Shown here one piece after another: positions 23,458-34,398 of a DNA stretch of 64,000 nucleotides. A program made the translations under genes and the position numbers. The DNA comes from Paramoeba atlantica (Eukaryota; Protista; Discosea), in the NCBI GenBank assembly GCA_977017575.1, contig CDRNVI010000030.1, forward strand, positions 62,001 through 126,000, given 5' to 3'. The notes beneath the pieces were generated by a model, which saw only the letters and a program-made list of their open reading frames with translations, ran no database searches and was not told the origin of the DNA. Within the stretch, counting starts at the first letter, position 1, and each line of letters opens with the position of its first letter.

Positions 23458-23784
23458 TTATTCCTCCTTTCGCACACTTCGCGATCCGCTTCGTGTACGC
23501 ATGGGGTGGGTTTTACTCGGGGTCGCCGCGATTGTGTTTCGATTACTATGGGCGCCGGTCTCTGCTCCTTTTTCCGAGCCCTTGCTCCCCCCCGCAAAAC
23601 AGCAGCTCCCGAACCCACAGCATTTGCGAAGGGAAAGGTAAAGCGCGAGCAGGAGAACAGCAAAGATGGCCGCGCTGCAGTAGGTGCAGTTCAGGCAGTC
23701 CCCGAAACAGTTGAGGACGCCGTTGTTCGCGGGGGCAGCGGTGTGACCCGCTCGAGAGGATGAGGAAGGCGCGGGTTTCGGCAT
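23458..23784 (-). CDS. Small Cys-rich single-pass membrane protein (108 aa)
   Basis: Same strand as neighbours, pyrimidine-rich leader. Hydrophobic AAIFAVLLLALYLSL followed by RKCCGFGSCC. Confidence 0.5.
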   Translation of the reverse strand: MPKPAPSSSSRAGHTAAPANNGVLNCFGDCLNCTYCSAAIFAVLLLALYLSLRKCCGFGSCCFAGGSKGSEKGAETGAHSNRNTIAATPSKTHPMRTRSGSRSVRKEE

Positions 23785-24287
23785 GGAAGAGAGGAAAAAA
23801 GAGATTTATATAAAAATTTATATTAGGATTGAGTAAAGATTGAGTCATGCGTATTTTTGGTCATACACGTATTTTGGTGTAAAAAGGGAAATGGAGGGTT
23901 GAAGAGAAGGGTATCATGGGGTAAAGGGTAAAAGATCAATCCATGGATGGAAGGGTGACGGACAGTCCTGAGTGGTGCACAATGGTTTTTGGCACTGTCT
24001 GTATACATGTATACGTGTATACATACGTTAGATGTTAAAGTGATCGGAACTCGATACAGAAAAAAGCCCATTATACATTATTTTCAAAAAAGTTCATTAT
24101 TTCGAATTTCTATCTTCCCAAAAAAATAAATTAAATGGTTTGACTTTATTCCTCCTTATTAAGCCCACTCCAATAGCCTCATTTTCTCCCTCTTTTCCCG
24201 CGCAATCCGATTCAGAGGGGTATTATATTTGTATTTTCCTAATATAATCAATTTCCTTAAAGAAATGCAACTTCCACTTTATTGGCC

Positions 24288-27200
24288 TCACCTCGACGAC
24301 AAAATCTGCTTGGTTTGCTCACACAACCCTCTGGGATCCGCACGCATCAGTAGTTCCTTTGTTTTTCCCCCATGCGGGGCCAAAATCGGATGTTTCTCCA
24401 CCCATGTCATCCGTGCGAGCTCCAAATGCACAAATTGGGCCTCCTGCCAATCCCGAGACAAAGGAAGAACCCCAAGTACACCCATCAGCAGCTCGGATTC
24501 GAATTTTTGTACATTTGCGTTCTCTCGAAGCTTGGGCGCAAACTGTGTGACGTATTTCATACTTGCCGTCGCGACATTCGCAATACTGTGAAAATACTCC
24601 TCGGATTCTTCATCGGGTTTTGTGGTTAAATTGCGCAACAAACTTTGGCAAATAAAGGAGAGTGCGGGAATCAGCGGGCCATGGCCATGACTAGTTTGTG
24701 CGTTGATCTCATACTGCGGAAGTAACACCGGATTGTACCCTTTTTTATTTGCTAGTAAGTCCAGCGCCAGACTAAGTCCATAGCATGCTGCCTGGGTAAC
24801 CTCATAATGGGTATCGTTCGCGAACCGAAGCAAGGCTTGGAGGATAGGATCAAAACACTGCACCGCTGTCTCTGGACGAATCTCCAAAAAGTCATCTAAC
24901 ACACAAAGCGCAATTTTGTGCTCCGTTTGCCCGAGTTTATCATCCAGCAGTTGTTGAAAATTCGGCAAAAAATCATGCAAAAACACCGGCAGAAATGCGT
25001 CCTGGGTTTTCAACAGCTTCCCAATCACATCGACGGCCTCAATCAGCAGATTTTCCTCCTCTTCATGTTCCTCCAGCATTGCTTCCTCATCCTCCTCCCC
25101 TTCCTCCTCGAGTTCCTCAAAAAGCTCCTGTCGTCGTTTGATACTCTCCGCAAAGATTTGCTGCATCACATTTTTGCTCTCCTCGAGGGCCTCAGAAGGT
25201 AAGAAATTATTCGGGGTGGAATCCAAAATCAGCTGAATCGCTTCCAGGAATTCCGCAGCCGTCGCGGTCTCGGTTTCTTTACGCAGCGCAGCAAACAGTG
25301 AGGATAAGAAATGCATCGCTAAGGAAACCGTCGTCTCGGGATTCGTAAACGCGTGCGCAATTTTGACACAATGCGCCGCGATCTGCGCCGCTTTCTCCCG
25401 CACGTCATCGACATAACCAAACGTAAAAAGCGGTTGCACCTTTTCCACAATTTGTTGCAAATACGGGAGCGTCGCGCGGCCACAGTTTTTCACCACCGAC
25501 AGCACCACCGCCAGGGCTAAGCTTTTATCCTCCAACGCGGAGGTCCGCAGTTTCACTTTCTGCTCCCCCACCCCTTTGATGCATAGATTAATGATTTGAA
25601 CTCCGGATTCTTCCTTTTGCTCTTCACTTTCCATTTGCGGCATGTCCTCATTTTCGCTCTCACTGTCGTTTCCCCCCAGCAAGCTGCTGTCGTTTTCGTT
25701 GTTTCTATGGTGCTCCTCCTCTCCTGTTGGCCCACACGGCTCCAGCCCCACCGCGGTTTCCACAATCTCAAGCACCACAGGGAGCAGCGCCTCGAGGTAC
25801 GGAGCCATGTCCTCTTTTAGATTCCGACTTACACAAATCCAAGCCCGGAGTAAGTAACGAAACATAGGGTCGTCTGTCGGATAAAGCCTTGGGTTCTTTT
25901 GGTTTTCTTTTTCATTCTGTTGTGAAGATGAAGCTAATCCCGTGGCACCTGAGCCTCCTGCCTGCGCTCCTCCCCCATACTTCCCCATCTGCTGTTGCAA
26001 ATACCCACACAACCCGGCCGCATCTTTGGCAAAAACCTCTTTCGGGACGGCTGCCGCAATGAGCGCCACGGTCTCCATGGCGCGACAACGTAACGTCTGA
26101 AAACTTTTACTTTGCACATTTTGCGAAACCAATAAGGGAAAAAGTAAAGGCATTAACTCCGGATAAAATTGGTGAAACAGCTGCGCTTCCTGGCTGCTGT
26201 TCTCCGCCACCGAGGCAATCGTGGCCAGACACTGCTGCTGGACGAACGGAAAGCTGGTGGAGCGCAACAGCCGCGTGATGGGGGCTAAAATAGACCCGGC
26301 GCATTCATCCACAATTTCAGCCGATGCGGAGTCACAGAAATTACACAACGAAGCCGCAGAAAGCGCTTGAAGTCGAGGCACCGGATCGTTTAACCCGCTG
26401 AAGAGAACCGGCAGTACTTTTTGATAGTCCTGGCTCGTAAGCTCGTTTTCGAAGTCGGTAAAGATTTGAGCTAGAGAGGCAATCACGGCGTAGCGCACGC
26501 GAGGATGCTCGTCCCGGGAATGCGTCAACAACAAGGAAAGGATCGCATCAAGGTTTTTCACAAACGCCCGGTGACAGCCCTCGGTGATTTGTCCAATACA
26601 GGTGAGCGCACACTGCCGGGCGCGCCAATCCGGGCTTTGGGCGTTTTGGAGAATAAACTCAGTCGCTAGGGGGGCGAGGACTTTCCCTTTGAGAGCCTCC
26701 GCCATACGGTCCATGGCCTCCAGGCCGAGATCGTAGTCCGAGGCCTCTTCTTCGTCCTCATCGTCCTCTTCGTCTTCATTTTGCGCAAACCCCTCATGAT
26801 CATCATGATAGGTAATTTCCCATTTCTTATTCTCCGGGGGCTGGAAACTTAATTTCATGGCCAACTCAAAAAAGGTACGAATAAACGCGGGCATCCCTCG
26901 CGCCTTTTTCGGACACTGCTCACAAAAGGTGAGCAAAAACTCAATCGCGTAGGAACGGATCATTTGAGCATTGGGACTTGCGGGCATGGCGGCAAAATGC
27001 AGCATCACCTCCACAAAAGCCCCCAGACGGGGCGCAAAGAAATCCATATTGTTATCGGCCATATGCACGAGAGCGTCAAAAACTTTGGCAAGAGGTTCAA
27101 AATCATTTGTGCCACTCTCCCCATGCGCTTTCAGTCGATTCAGTGAAACCAACAACGGCTGCAGGGTCGGACGCAGAACCTCATAGTCCTGGCTCTCCAG

Positions 27201-27944
27201 CACCGCGACGAAATGGGACAGCGTGTTGGTGACTTGTGGAAGCCTCTCGACCGTTCCGGTTTCAAGCGCCCCGACCAGCGCGTGACACAGCGCATGGGCT
27301 AGTGATTTGTTTTCCACAATACGATCGACAAAACAGGTTGCGATTTGTTCTAAAACCACAAAACCGTTTTGGCGCACCCCCTCGGGGCAGGCGGTACCGG
27401 GCTGGATGGACTGCAGCACCAACCCCAGGGGGGCTTCCCAGGCCCCGCTCTCGGCCTCCCCGAGCAACCAGGCCGCGAGACATCCCGAGATGCCTTTACG
27501 AAGGCAGTGGGGGAGATGTTCGTTTTGGAATAACCCGAGAAGAGCGGACTGGAGATGCTCTTTTTCGTGAACGGCTAATCCGTTTGCAGTTTCGTGGTCC
27601 CCGTTTTGATTTATATTCTGATTTGTAGGGCTTTGATTTGTATTCTGATTTGTAAGGCTTTGATTGGTATGGCCTTGATTTCCCTTCTGATTCCCCAAGC
27701 CGATTTTATGTTTTCTCCGAAACAGTTTGCGCAGTAAAACGGTAGAGAGCTGTGCCTCCGGGAGCGACTCCCCTTGCAACGGGGAAGGGCTCCCGATAAA
27801 GGCAAGATGGGCAGACATGGCGAAGAAGGGGTGGGCGCGGGCGAGTTTTTGGTATTCCGATTCCGCGTGTTTGCGGGTAGCGTTGTCCGTGCTGAGGAGT
27901 TGGTGGAGGAGAGCGTGGAATTGGGGACCGGAGGGAAGGGACAT
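24288..27944 (-). CDS. IPO5: Importin-5 / karyopherin beta-3 (Kap121/Pse1)
   Basis: 1218-aa intronless HEAT-repeat ORF. HPRVRYA..SLAQIFTDF, PRLQALSAASLCNF, LRCRAMETVALIA, LRTSALEDKSLA, YVDDVREKAA match importin-5 motifs. Confidence 0.92.
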   Translation of the reverse strand: MSLPSGPQFHALLHQLLSTDNATRKHAESEYQKLARAHPFFAMSAHLAFIGSPSPLQGESLPEAQLSTVLLRKLFRRKHKIGLGNQKGNQGHTNQSLTNQNTNQSPTNQNINQNGDHETANGLAVHEKEHLQSALLGLFQNEHLPHCLRKGISGCLAAWLLGEAESGAWEAPLGLVLQSIQPGTACPEGVRQNGFVVLEQIATCFVDRIVENKSLAHALCHALVGALETGTVERLPQVTNTLSHFVAVLESQDYEVLRPTLQPLLVSLNRLKAHGESGTNDFEPLAKVFDALVHMADNNMDFFAPRLGAFVEVMLHFAAMPASPNAQMIRSYAIEFLLTFCEQCPKKARGMPAFIRTFFELAMKLSFQPPENKKWEITYHDDHEGFAQNEDEEDDEDEEEASDYDLGLEAMDRMAEALKGKVLAPLATEFILQNAQSPDWRARQCALTCIGQITEGCHRAFVKNLDAILSLLLTHSRDEHPRVRYAVIASLAQIFTDFENELTSQDYQKVLPVLFSGLNDPVPRLQALSAASLCNFCDSASAEIVDECAGSILAPITRLLRSTSFPFVQQQCLATIASVAENSSQEAQLFHQFYPELMPLLFPLLVSQNVQSKSFQTLRCRAMETVALIAAAVPKEVFAKDAAGLCGYLQQQMGKYGGGAQAGGSGATGLASSSQQNEKENQKNPRLYPTDDPMFRYLLRAWICVSRNLKEDMAPYLEALLPVVLEIVETAVGLEPCGPTGEEEHHRNNENDSSLLGGNDSESENEDMPQMESEEQKEESGVQIINLCIKGVGEQKVKLRTSALEDKSLALAVVLSVVKNCGRATLPYLQQIVEKVQPLFTFGYVDDVREKAAQIAAHCVKIAHAFTNPETTVSLAMHFLSSLFAALRKETETATAAEFLEAIQLILDSTPNNFLPSEALEESKNVMQQIFAESIKRRQELFEELEEEGEEDEEAMLEEHEEEENLLIEAVDVIGKLLKTQDAFLPVFLHDFLPNFQQLLDDKLGQTEHKIALCVLDDFLEIRPETAVQCFDPILQALLRFANDTHYEVTQAACYGLSLALDLLANKKGYNPVLLPQYEINAQTSHGHGPLIPALSFICQSLLRNLTTKPDEESEEYFHSIANVATASMKYVTQFAPKLRENANVQKFESELLMGVLGVLPLSRDWQEAQFVHLELARMTWVEKHPILAPHGGKTKELLMRADPRGLCEQTKQILSSR

Positions 27945-28012
27945 GGAGAGGGGGAGGGGTAAGGAAGAGGCTAAGAAAGTAAGTTAAAAAGGAAGATAAA
28001 AAGGAAGATAAA
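27945..28012 (-). promoter_or_regulatory. Putative trans-splice acceptor (polypyrimidine tract plus AG) for IPO5
   Basis: Minus strand TCTTCCTTTTTAACTTACTTTCTTAG with AG at 27971-27972, 26 nt before the ATG. Confidence 0.5.
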
Positions 28013-28042
28013 TTTTTGTTAAAAAGGGAGGCGAAAAAGAAC

Positions 28043-28235
28043 CTAAAAAGGAAGCTAAAAGAGGAAGCTAAAAAAGGAAGCTAAAAAAGAAGCTAAAAAT
28101 GAAGCTAAAAAATGAAGCTAAAAAAGAAGGTAAAAAAGGAAGCTAAAAAAGAAGCTAAAAAGGAAGTTAAAAAAGAAGCTAGAAAGGATGCTAAAAATAA
28201 TCTAAAAAGGTGGCTAAAAAAGGAAGTTAAAAAAA
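28043..28235. repeat. Tandem array of 12-13-bp units (AAAAAGGAAGCT), about 14 copies
   Basis: Visible directly. The minus strand reads (TTTTTAGCTTC)n. Confidence 0.9.
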
Positions 28236-28666
28236 TACCAAAGAAGAATAAAGTTTTCATGGTAATCATGGTAAAAAGGAAATTAAAATAAGGAAGAGGA
28301 AAAAAAAGATGGGAGAGAAAAAGATGGAAGGAAAGAAGGATAAAAGAAAAGAAAGAAAGAAAGACTTTCAGACGCGTTTTGTTTAATACAACGTTTGTTC
28401 ATACGCCTCCCTCCTTTTTGGATAACGGATAAACCGTGGGAATAAGAAGTTGCGGAATATGAACTAACGGAAGAATGGAAAAAAGGAAAAGAGAGAATGT
28501 GAACTCCCCTGACTATGTGTTCCCGTGTTTTGACAAAAAGGAAAGCATAAGCGCACCAGACTGGAATATTCAACCGGAACATGGAAAAAAACGGGCGTAA
28601 TCGGGTAAGTTGAATCATTCAAATTAAGTTAATGGACCTGCTAGATTTTCTTTTTTAGGCTCTTGG

Positions 28667-29107
28667 TTAAACGCTGTGGTTGTTTTCAAGAGTTAAGCAT
28701 AACTCACCACTGAATTTGTTGTGTGATACATCGAGTTCAATCATCCGGCTCGGTAGTGCATGGAACATGACAGAGCCTGTGAAGTCTTGTCTTCGCACTT
28801 TGCAGGACAATATCGTGGAGGGCAGATATTCTCACTGTAGCGAACCTGTGAGTATACATGCACGCGCGAAATTTATCTCTTCTACTTGCTGTTTCTCATT
28901 GCAGACAAAACCCCACCAATTACACGGGGAAACGCGTTTGACACGACCGAATACATTTATATTTTTCTTAGTCGTACGCCAAGATTCATCCTTTTCTGTT
29001 ACGTTTGAAACGAAGCGTTCCAGCATATCTTCTTCGGGGAGTAGCAGAGCGGTCACCTTACCGAGGCGTAGATCGGAGCCGTCGTCTATACCACATAAAT
29101 TGTGCAT
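28667..29107 (-). pseudogene. Truncated LRR pseudogene, paralog of 15465-16349
   Basis: High similarity to 15465-16349. TGG-to-TGA at 28832-28834 (LQ*EYLP versus LQWEYLP). Homology ends after about 2 repeats. Confidence 0.85.
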
Positions 29108-29661
29108 CGAATAAGTTTCATAAAACGTGGGGTTACTGAACATGAAGTACATGAAAAGCACTTGGTGATCTTGAGGCATTAGTCCTCTCAATACATACGA
29201 ATCGTATTCGTAATGGGGTATTGATTGGTGATAACGGCTATAATTTTTGCGTTATAATATCAAATTTTAAATCATGTAACATCACATGATAGTATTTGCC
29301 ATAATCAAATTATGTTCAATACTGTTAACACGTCAAAGTGTTTATAATTTTTTATTAACGCAAAGCTTAGAGAGCGTCAATCAAGATGCGAATCAAGGAG
29401 TATGAAATCGAGATGATACAAATAGGTAATGTTGCAGTTTTCGTACACACAGTACAGTATACAAAGCCGGGCCAAACTTACCGAAACAATTCAACCGCAT
29501 ATTTTCATTCATTAATTAACTCCATGAATATTGGTCTTAGCATAACGTATATGAGCTCTAGAAAATTTGATGCGAGCATTAAAGGAATAGCAATGTCGCT
29601 ACTTCCTATATACATATACATATTGGAAAATGTTTAGAAATGAAACGTGGAAAAACTCACT

Positions 29662-30594
29662 TTACTTTCTGTAATGTGGGTATTTTCTGTAAGATACGCT
29701 CCCTCGATGTGGTGCGCTCCCTCGAACTCGGGAAGATAAACTCGGTATCCGATGATAAAAAGGCGGACTTTGTTCAAATATTCCTTTAGGGAGCATTTTA
29801 TTAACTCCACGGATCTTGGTCTGGGAGTAACGTATGGCTTGGTGTCTTTCATAAAAAAAGTGTTCATCAAGCTTACCGCAAAGGTTTTCATTTTGCTGAA
29901 GACCCAAAACTTCGAGGTTGAGAGGAATTTTGTTGAAAGACACTGGGCCCTCAAATTGATTGGCCGACAAATCAAGCCTCTTCAACATGTTCGGCAAACA
30001 TGAGAAGTCGACTTGCCCGGAAAGTTGGTTATAAGAAACGTCCAAGGAAACCAGATGAGGCGGTAGATGAGTAAAGTCCACACAGCCTTTAAACTCATTA
30101 CTCGCAAGAACAAGTTGCACTAATGTCCGCGGCAGGTTGGTTAGGTTTACTTCCCCACTGAATGTATTTGAGTACACACAGAAGTCCGTAAGACCTGGAG
30201 GCAATAAATCGAGCGGTACCGTTCCGCTGAGCTCATGCGTTCGAACACCAAACTGCTGTACGGTACGGGGCAAATACGCCCACTCCAAGGACCCGCGAAG
30301 GGACCCGGACGGACCGCGATCGTCGAGCGAGAACTCCCTCAAGCGCGTGATGTCCCAATTGATCGTCGTGACACGTGAGTCCGCATCACAGTACACCCCT
30401 TTCCATTTATACGCGGGTGTGGAGACCTTCCAGGAGGAACACGCATTTTTGACATTCGCAATAAATCGTACCAATTCATACTCCGGGGGTAATTCCGATC
30501 CACGTACTTTACCGAGAGGAGAAACGTGAAGTTTTGCCATCTCTTCGGATAAGTGCTGCGGGTCGGCAAAATAAATTTGTGAAAGTCTAAACAT
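29662..30594 (-). CDS. Stand-alone LRR protein (310 aa)
   Basis: LGKVRGSELPPEYELVRF N-cap, AYKWKGVYC, 23-aa LRRs. Confidence 0.92.
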   Translation of the reverse strand: MFRLSQIYFADPQHLSEEMAKLHVSPLGKVRGSELPPEYELVRFIANVKNACSSWKVSTPAYKWKGVYCDADSRVTTINWDITRLREFSLDDRGPSGSLRGSLEWAYLPRTVQQFGVRTHELSGTVPLDLLPPGLTDFCVYSNTFSGEVNLTNLPRTLVQLVLASNEFKGCVDFTHLPPHLVSLDVSYNQLSGQVDFSCLPNMLKRLDLSANQFEGPVSFNKIPLNLEVLGLQQNENLCGKLDEHFFYERHQAIRYSQTKIRGVNKMLPKGIFEQSPPFYHRIPSLSSRVRGSAPHRGSVSYRKYPHYRK

Positions 30595-31532
30595 GGTGAA
30601 TCGATTACAAAGCGTGAAAGGAATTCTTTACCGACTCACTGAAGGGTAAATGAGATGTCACGGGGTTAAATGATTTTGTTGAACTTGACTAATTTTGTAA
30701 AATAATAGCGCATTCGAGATCTCTGGCAGAGTGCTATGCCCTCAGGAGGTTCTAAGCCTCAGAGTCGTTTTTCTCCATTAGGCAGGCTGAACGGCGAACC
30801 CACGAAGAGATGGCGGAAATGGAGTTTCCCCCCCCGCCTTCACCACCTAGGGGGTACCGGGCCCGAAGACCCTCAACTTCTTGACTAGCCTAGTGAACAA
30901 AAAATCTAGTCTAGGCTTGCCAGGACATACACGTCCGACTAAAATGCTGTCTGAGTCATTTTATTAGTCCTCGGAGCGGCCATACAGAAAGGCAATGCCC
31001 AGACAGCGCAGACCTTTGAGAGGATAACAAAGGCTAATCAATTCTTTTGACCATTGTCGCTCTCCATGATAGCTCATACACTCCCACACACACACGCTGG
31101 TGTTGATGTGCTACATGGCGCAAGAGAACGTTCAATCCATGCAATGAATTCTGAAAGGTCGAACTCTTGTGGCAAGGTTCATATCCTTGCGGAAAATGAC
31201 CCCTCGAACTATTCTAGAAGGTAATTCTGGAAGGTCCTCGAGCGAAAAGATGGGCTGGGCGCCACAATAGAAGGGGGGACATCAATAGGAAGGGGAAATG
31301 TATAGAGTACCTCCTATATTTGTTCTATATATTCTCCCAAATTTGTACTATAGATTGAACATGTACACTACCTTGCAGTGTATACTTTCTACACTACCTA
31401 GCACTCCCTTACTTCATACAGTGTATACTTTCACGGTTTACAAAATTACAACACATTATGAAATAAATGTCAATCGTAACATTGCAGTTTGTTGAACACA
31501 TCCCGTAATATAGAATAACCTTCAACGAAGCT

Positions 31533-32774
31533 TTAATCTAGTTTCGGAAGCGGTCGGGACTCTTCCTCTTTCGGCGAGGGCCCTTTAGTTTTGAAAAGGG
31601 CCTCCCACGAAACAGACACGGGCGTGGAGCTGATTTGCGTTGCCGAAACCTCTTTTGAGATCGAACTGGGCTGTGGTTTTTTACCCGAGCTTTGCACAAA
31701 ACTTTGGTATTCTTCCAACATTCGATTCTGTTCCACAGAAAGTGTCCGAAATAATTGACGTTCCTCCTGAGTTGTTTGGTCAACAAGTGAAGAAGCGGAC
31801 AACAGATTCATTAGTTTTGCGTAATCTTCAGAAACTCCCTTTTGTGCATCCTTGACTTCCTCAAGATAATCTGCACTATTTTCTGATTTTCCATCCTCGA
31901 AAGTCGAAACGTGTTTTTTCAGCAGCGTTGCGAATTCACTCAAATGCTGCAACATTTCGTCTAGATTCGCTGCGGATAGCACACTTGGAGAGCCTAGAGA
32001 CGTCCCTGTTCTCAAACCCCCATTTGTATGCAAAGGCGAATCCGAGCTTGAATGGAGCAGTGACATATGCTCTTCCTGATCGACAAACGACACGCCAGAG
32101 TCAAGCGGATTCCGATTTTCGTTTTCTCGATACGGATTATTTTCGTATCTTTCATCGGAACGCGGTGTTCTGGAATTCGTGAATTCGTTATTCCCTCGCC
32201 GGTGCTCTCTACCCTCAAAATCCCCTTGTGCTGCATTTCTCATGGCCGTAAAAACAGCATGCAGGTACGGAAATCGACCCAACCCACTTTCCTGCAGCGC
32301 GACGCAATACACAATCACATCCCGTGCTTCTTTTTGAATTTCCCGTAAAAGCACAGCGCGGGTCTCTCCCCCCAAAGCTGTCCTTTCCCCAGGACTTGTT
32401 AAAATCCGCTCATTTTCCATTCGCCCCTCCCCGCTACCATTCCGCTGGAGGCTGTTGGGTGCACCAAACGCCAGATGCACCAACCACTGCTGCAATTCCC
32501 GTTTACTCGACAAAACGGAGTGAACGGTTTGATTTCCGTTTTTGACAACCCCCGATAAGGCGACAAGGGCGAGATAACGCGTCTCGAGGCTCTCACTTTT
32601 GAGTTTTTGTTTCATCGAGGAAAGGATCGACTTTGCGTTTTGAATGCCCCCATTGGCTTGGCTGGAGAGATAGAGATTTAAGCGTAGGTCGGGTTCGGTT
32701 CGCGAGGGGGCGGTGGCACTCGACACAATATCATGGTAGGGGCGATCGAACAGGTTTTGGAGCGCACGAAACAT
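31533..32774 (-). CDS. VHS-domain protein with probable GAT-like helical domain (TOM1/GGA-like)
   Basis: IVSSATAPSRTEPDLRLNL...MKQKL...RYLALVALSGVVKNG matches VHS. Helical region EMLQHLSEFATLL...EEYQSF. Start at 32774 is preceded by ttttcttatAG. Confidence 0.75.
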   Translation of the reverse strand: MFRALQNLFDRPYHDIVSSATAPSRTEPDLRLNLYLSSQANGGIQNAKSILSSMKQKLKSESLETRYLALVALSGVVKNGNQTVHSVLSSKRELQQWLVHLAFGAPNSLQRNGSGEGRMENERILTSPGERTALGGETRAVLLREIQKEARDVIVYCVALQESGLGRFPYLHAVFTAMRNAAQGDFEGREHRRGNNEFTNSRTPRSDERYENNPYRENENRNPLDSGVSFVDQEEHMSLLHSSSDSPLHTNGGLRTGTSLGSPSVLSAANLDEMLQHLSEFATLLKKHVSTFEDGKSENSADYLEEVKDAQKGVSEDYAKLMNLLSASSLVDQTTQEERQLFRTLSVEQNRMLEEYQSFVQSSGKKPQPSSISKEVSATQISSTPVSVSWEALFKTKGPSPKEEESRPLPKLD

Positions 32775-32859
32775 TTGGGGTAAGGAAAAAAGGAGGAAAG
32801 GGGTAATCCTATAAGAAAAGAGATCATGGAGATAGGAAACCAAAAAAGAGAAAATAATA

Positions 32860-33000
32860 CGTGTGAGCGCCGCTTGTTGGCCTCGGCCATCCTCAGGGTA
32901 TTAGAAGGCTCTGCGGCCTCCTTCTCCATGTAGGACGGGGCCAGTGGGTTCACGACGGTGACATCCAGCAATGCCAGTGCAGCAATGCCCCCCTCCACTG
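32860..33000 (-). pseudogene. Fragment of restriction-like endonuclease domain of a non-LTR retrotransposon
   Basis: LLDVTVVNPLAPSY...LRMAEANK. Confidence 0.6.
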
Positions 33001-33581
33001 CGGGGGGCATCGAAAGAGTGTATAAATTTTCATTTCTTTCATCCGAATTTTGAGATTTCGTTTCCAAGTGTACGTGCATGCCGTTAAATTCATGTAAAGT
33101 TTCAAAGGTACATTGTATTCGGCGAAATCATTTGAAGTCGTTGAGGTCATCCCACTTTGGCGTAATACGTAGGAGGGAAATACGAATGTACAGAGATTTA
33201 ACAAATGTATAAAGATGATTCAATAAAATTCTTTTAGCTAACAAGGTATTTTGTTGCATGAAAAGAGCAAGCTATGCTCAGATATTTGAATGCTTAGGAA
33301 TCATTACCATTAGTGACCATTAGAAACCAATTACCAGGCAGGAATCGCTGATGGATCGCGAGTGGAGTCCTCTGACTAAAATATATGTGGAGGTGAATCA
33401 AATGATAGAGAAATTATGAGATTTCATACATATTTGTATCAACAAAAAATGAAAATAAGTTCACAATGTGGCAATCATGCGAGTATTTGGTTCGCGTGTT
33501 TGTACCCCATGGATCGATTTACGAGCATGTTCAGTGGACCTCTAAGATGACATTGTTTCTACTGTTTCCACAACTGCATGA

Positions 33582-34385
33582 CTACTTAGCTTTAATTCTG
33601 CGCCAGCACCCTTCCGAGAATGTTTCCCACTCTTCAGATATTGATATTTTCCACACGTTGCGTTCTCCCTCCTCCGCAGATGTGAGCAAACTTATGCTCT
33701 TTAAACTCTTAGGGAGATTTGAAAGATCCGCCGTTCCGTTAAATTGATTACGGCCAAGATCTATTTCTACAATGCTTTCTCGTAGCTGAGTAAAGTCTAC
33801 GGTCCCTGAGAGCTCATTACCGTACAGTAGAAGTGTGTGCAATGAAGACGGAAGTGCACTTAGCTCAATTTCCCCACTGAAGTGGTTGAAATTCAACCAC
33901 AAGCGTTCCAAAGAAGGAGGTAGCTGCGTCAAATTAAGCGTCCCATTTAAATCATTACACCTGAGGCAAAGCTCTCGTAGGTTCTGTGGCAGGGCTTCCA
34001 GGCACAGTGGCCCGGAAAGGGCATTCACAGAACCCGATAACTCCAAAAGAGGCGAGGAGAGGGACGAGGTATCGATGCCTCCCCCAATCCTATTATAGGA
34101 GAATCCCATCTCTTCCACTTTCGCAGGGAAATATCTCCATTGGAGATTTCCTTTCAAAGGAGCTTTTACGACACCATGCGAGAAAGAGTCGTCATAACTC
34201 CAAAACATTCTAATCAAATTCGCTTCCGCTTTACAAGTCACCCCTGCCCACTCACAGCCCGGGATCGAGTCCTTCCACATCTCGTGCGGATTCTCGATAC
34301 TCGAAATAAACCGAGCGAGTTGTATTTCCAGGGGGAAGATTTGCTGGGATACTCTTCCCGTTCGTTGTGGGTTGGTATCACTCAT
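33582..34385 (-). CDS. Stand-alone LRR protein (MSDxNP subfamily); recent duplicate of 47585-48385
   Basis: Near-identical to 47585-48385, including flanks. The conserved start is MSDTNP at 34385. Confidence 0.92.
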   Translation of the reverse strand: MSDTNPQRTGRVSQQIFPLEIQLARFISSIENPHEMWKDSIPGCEWAGVTCKAEANLIRMFWSYDDSFSHGVVKAPLKGNLQWRYFPAKVEEMGFSYNRIGGGIDTSSLSSPLLELSGSVNALSGPLCLEALPQNLRELCLRCNDLNGTLNLTQLPPSLERLWLNFNHFSGEIELSALPSSLHTLLLYGNELSGTVDFTQLRESIVEIDLGRNQFNGTADLSNLPKSLKSISLLTSAEEGERNVWKISISEEWETFSEGCWRRIKAK

Positions 34386-34398
34386 GAACAGAAAATTA

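Noticed and set aside
24359-27987. Numerous plus-strand ORFs overlapping importin, LRR and VHS genes (e.g. 27236-27628, 16042-16356, 47817-48197)
   Set aside because: Antisense shadows of real coding sequence, with no motifs.
30770-31300. Possible 3' relic of a LINE or other structured element
   Set aside because: No RT, RNase H or zinc-knuckle motif was recoverable in any frame.
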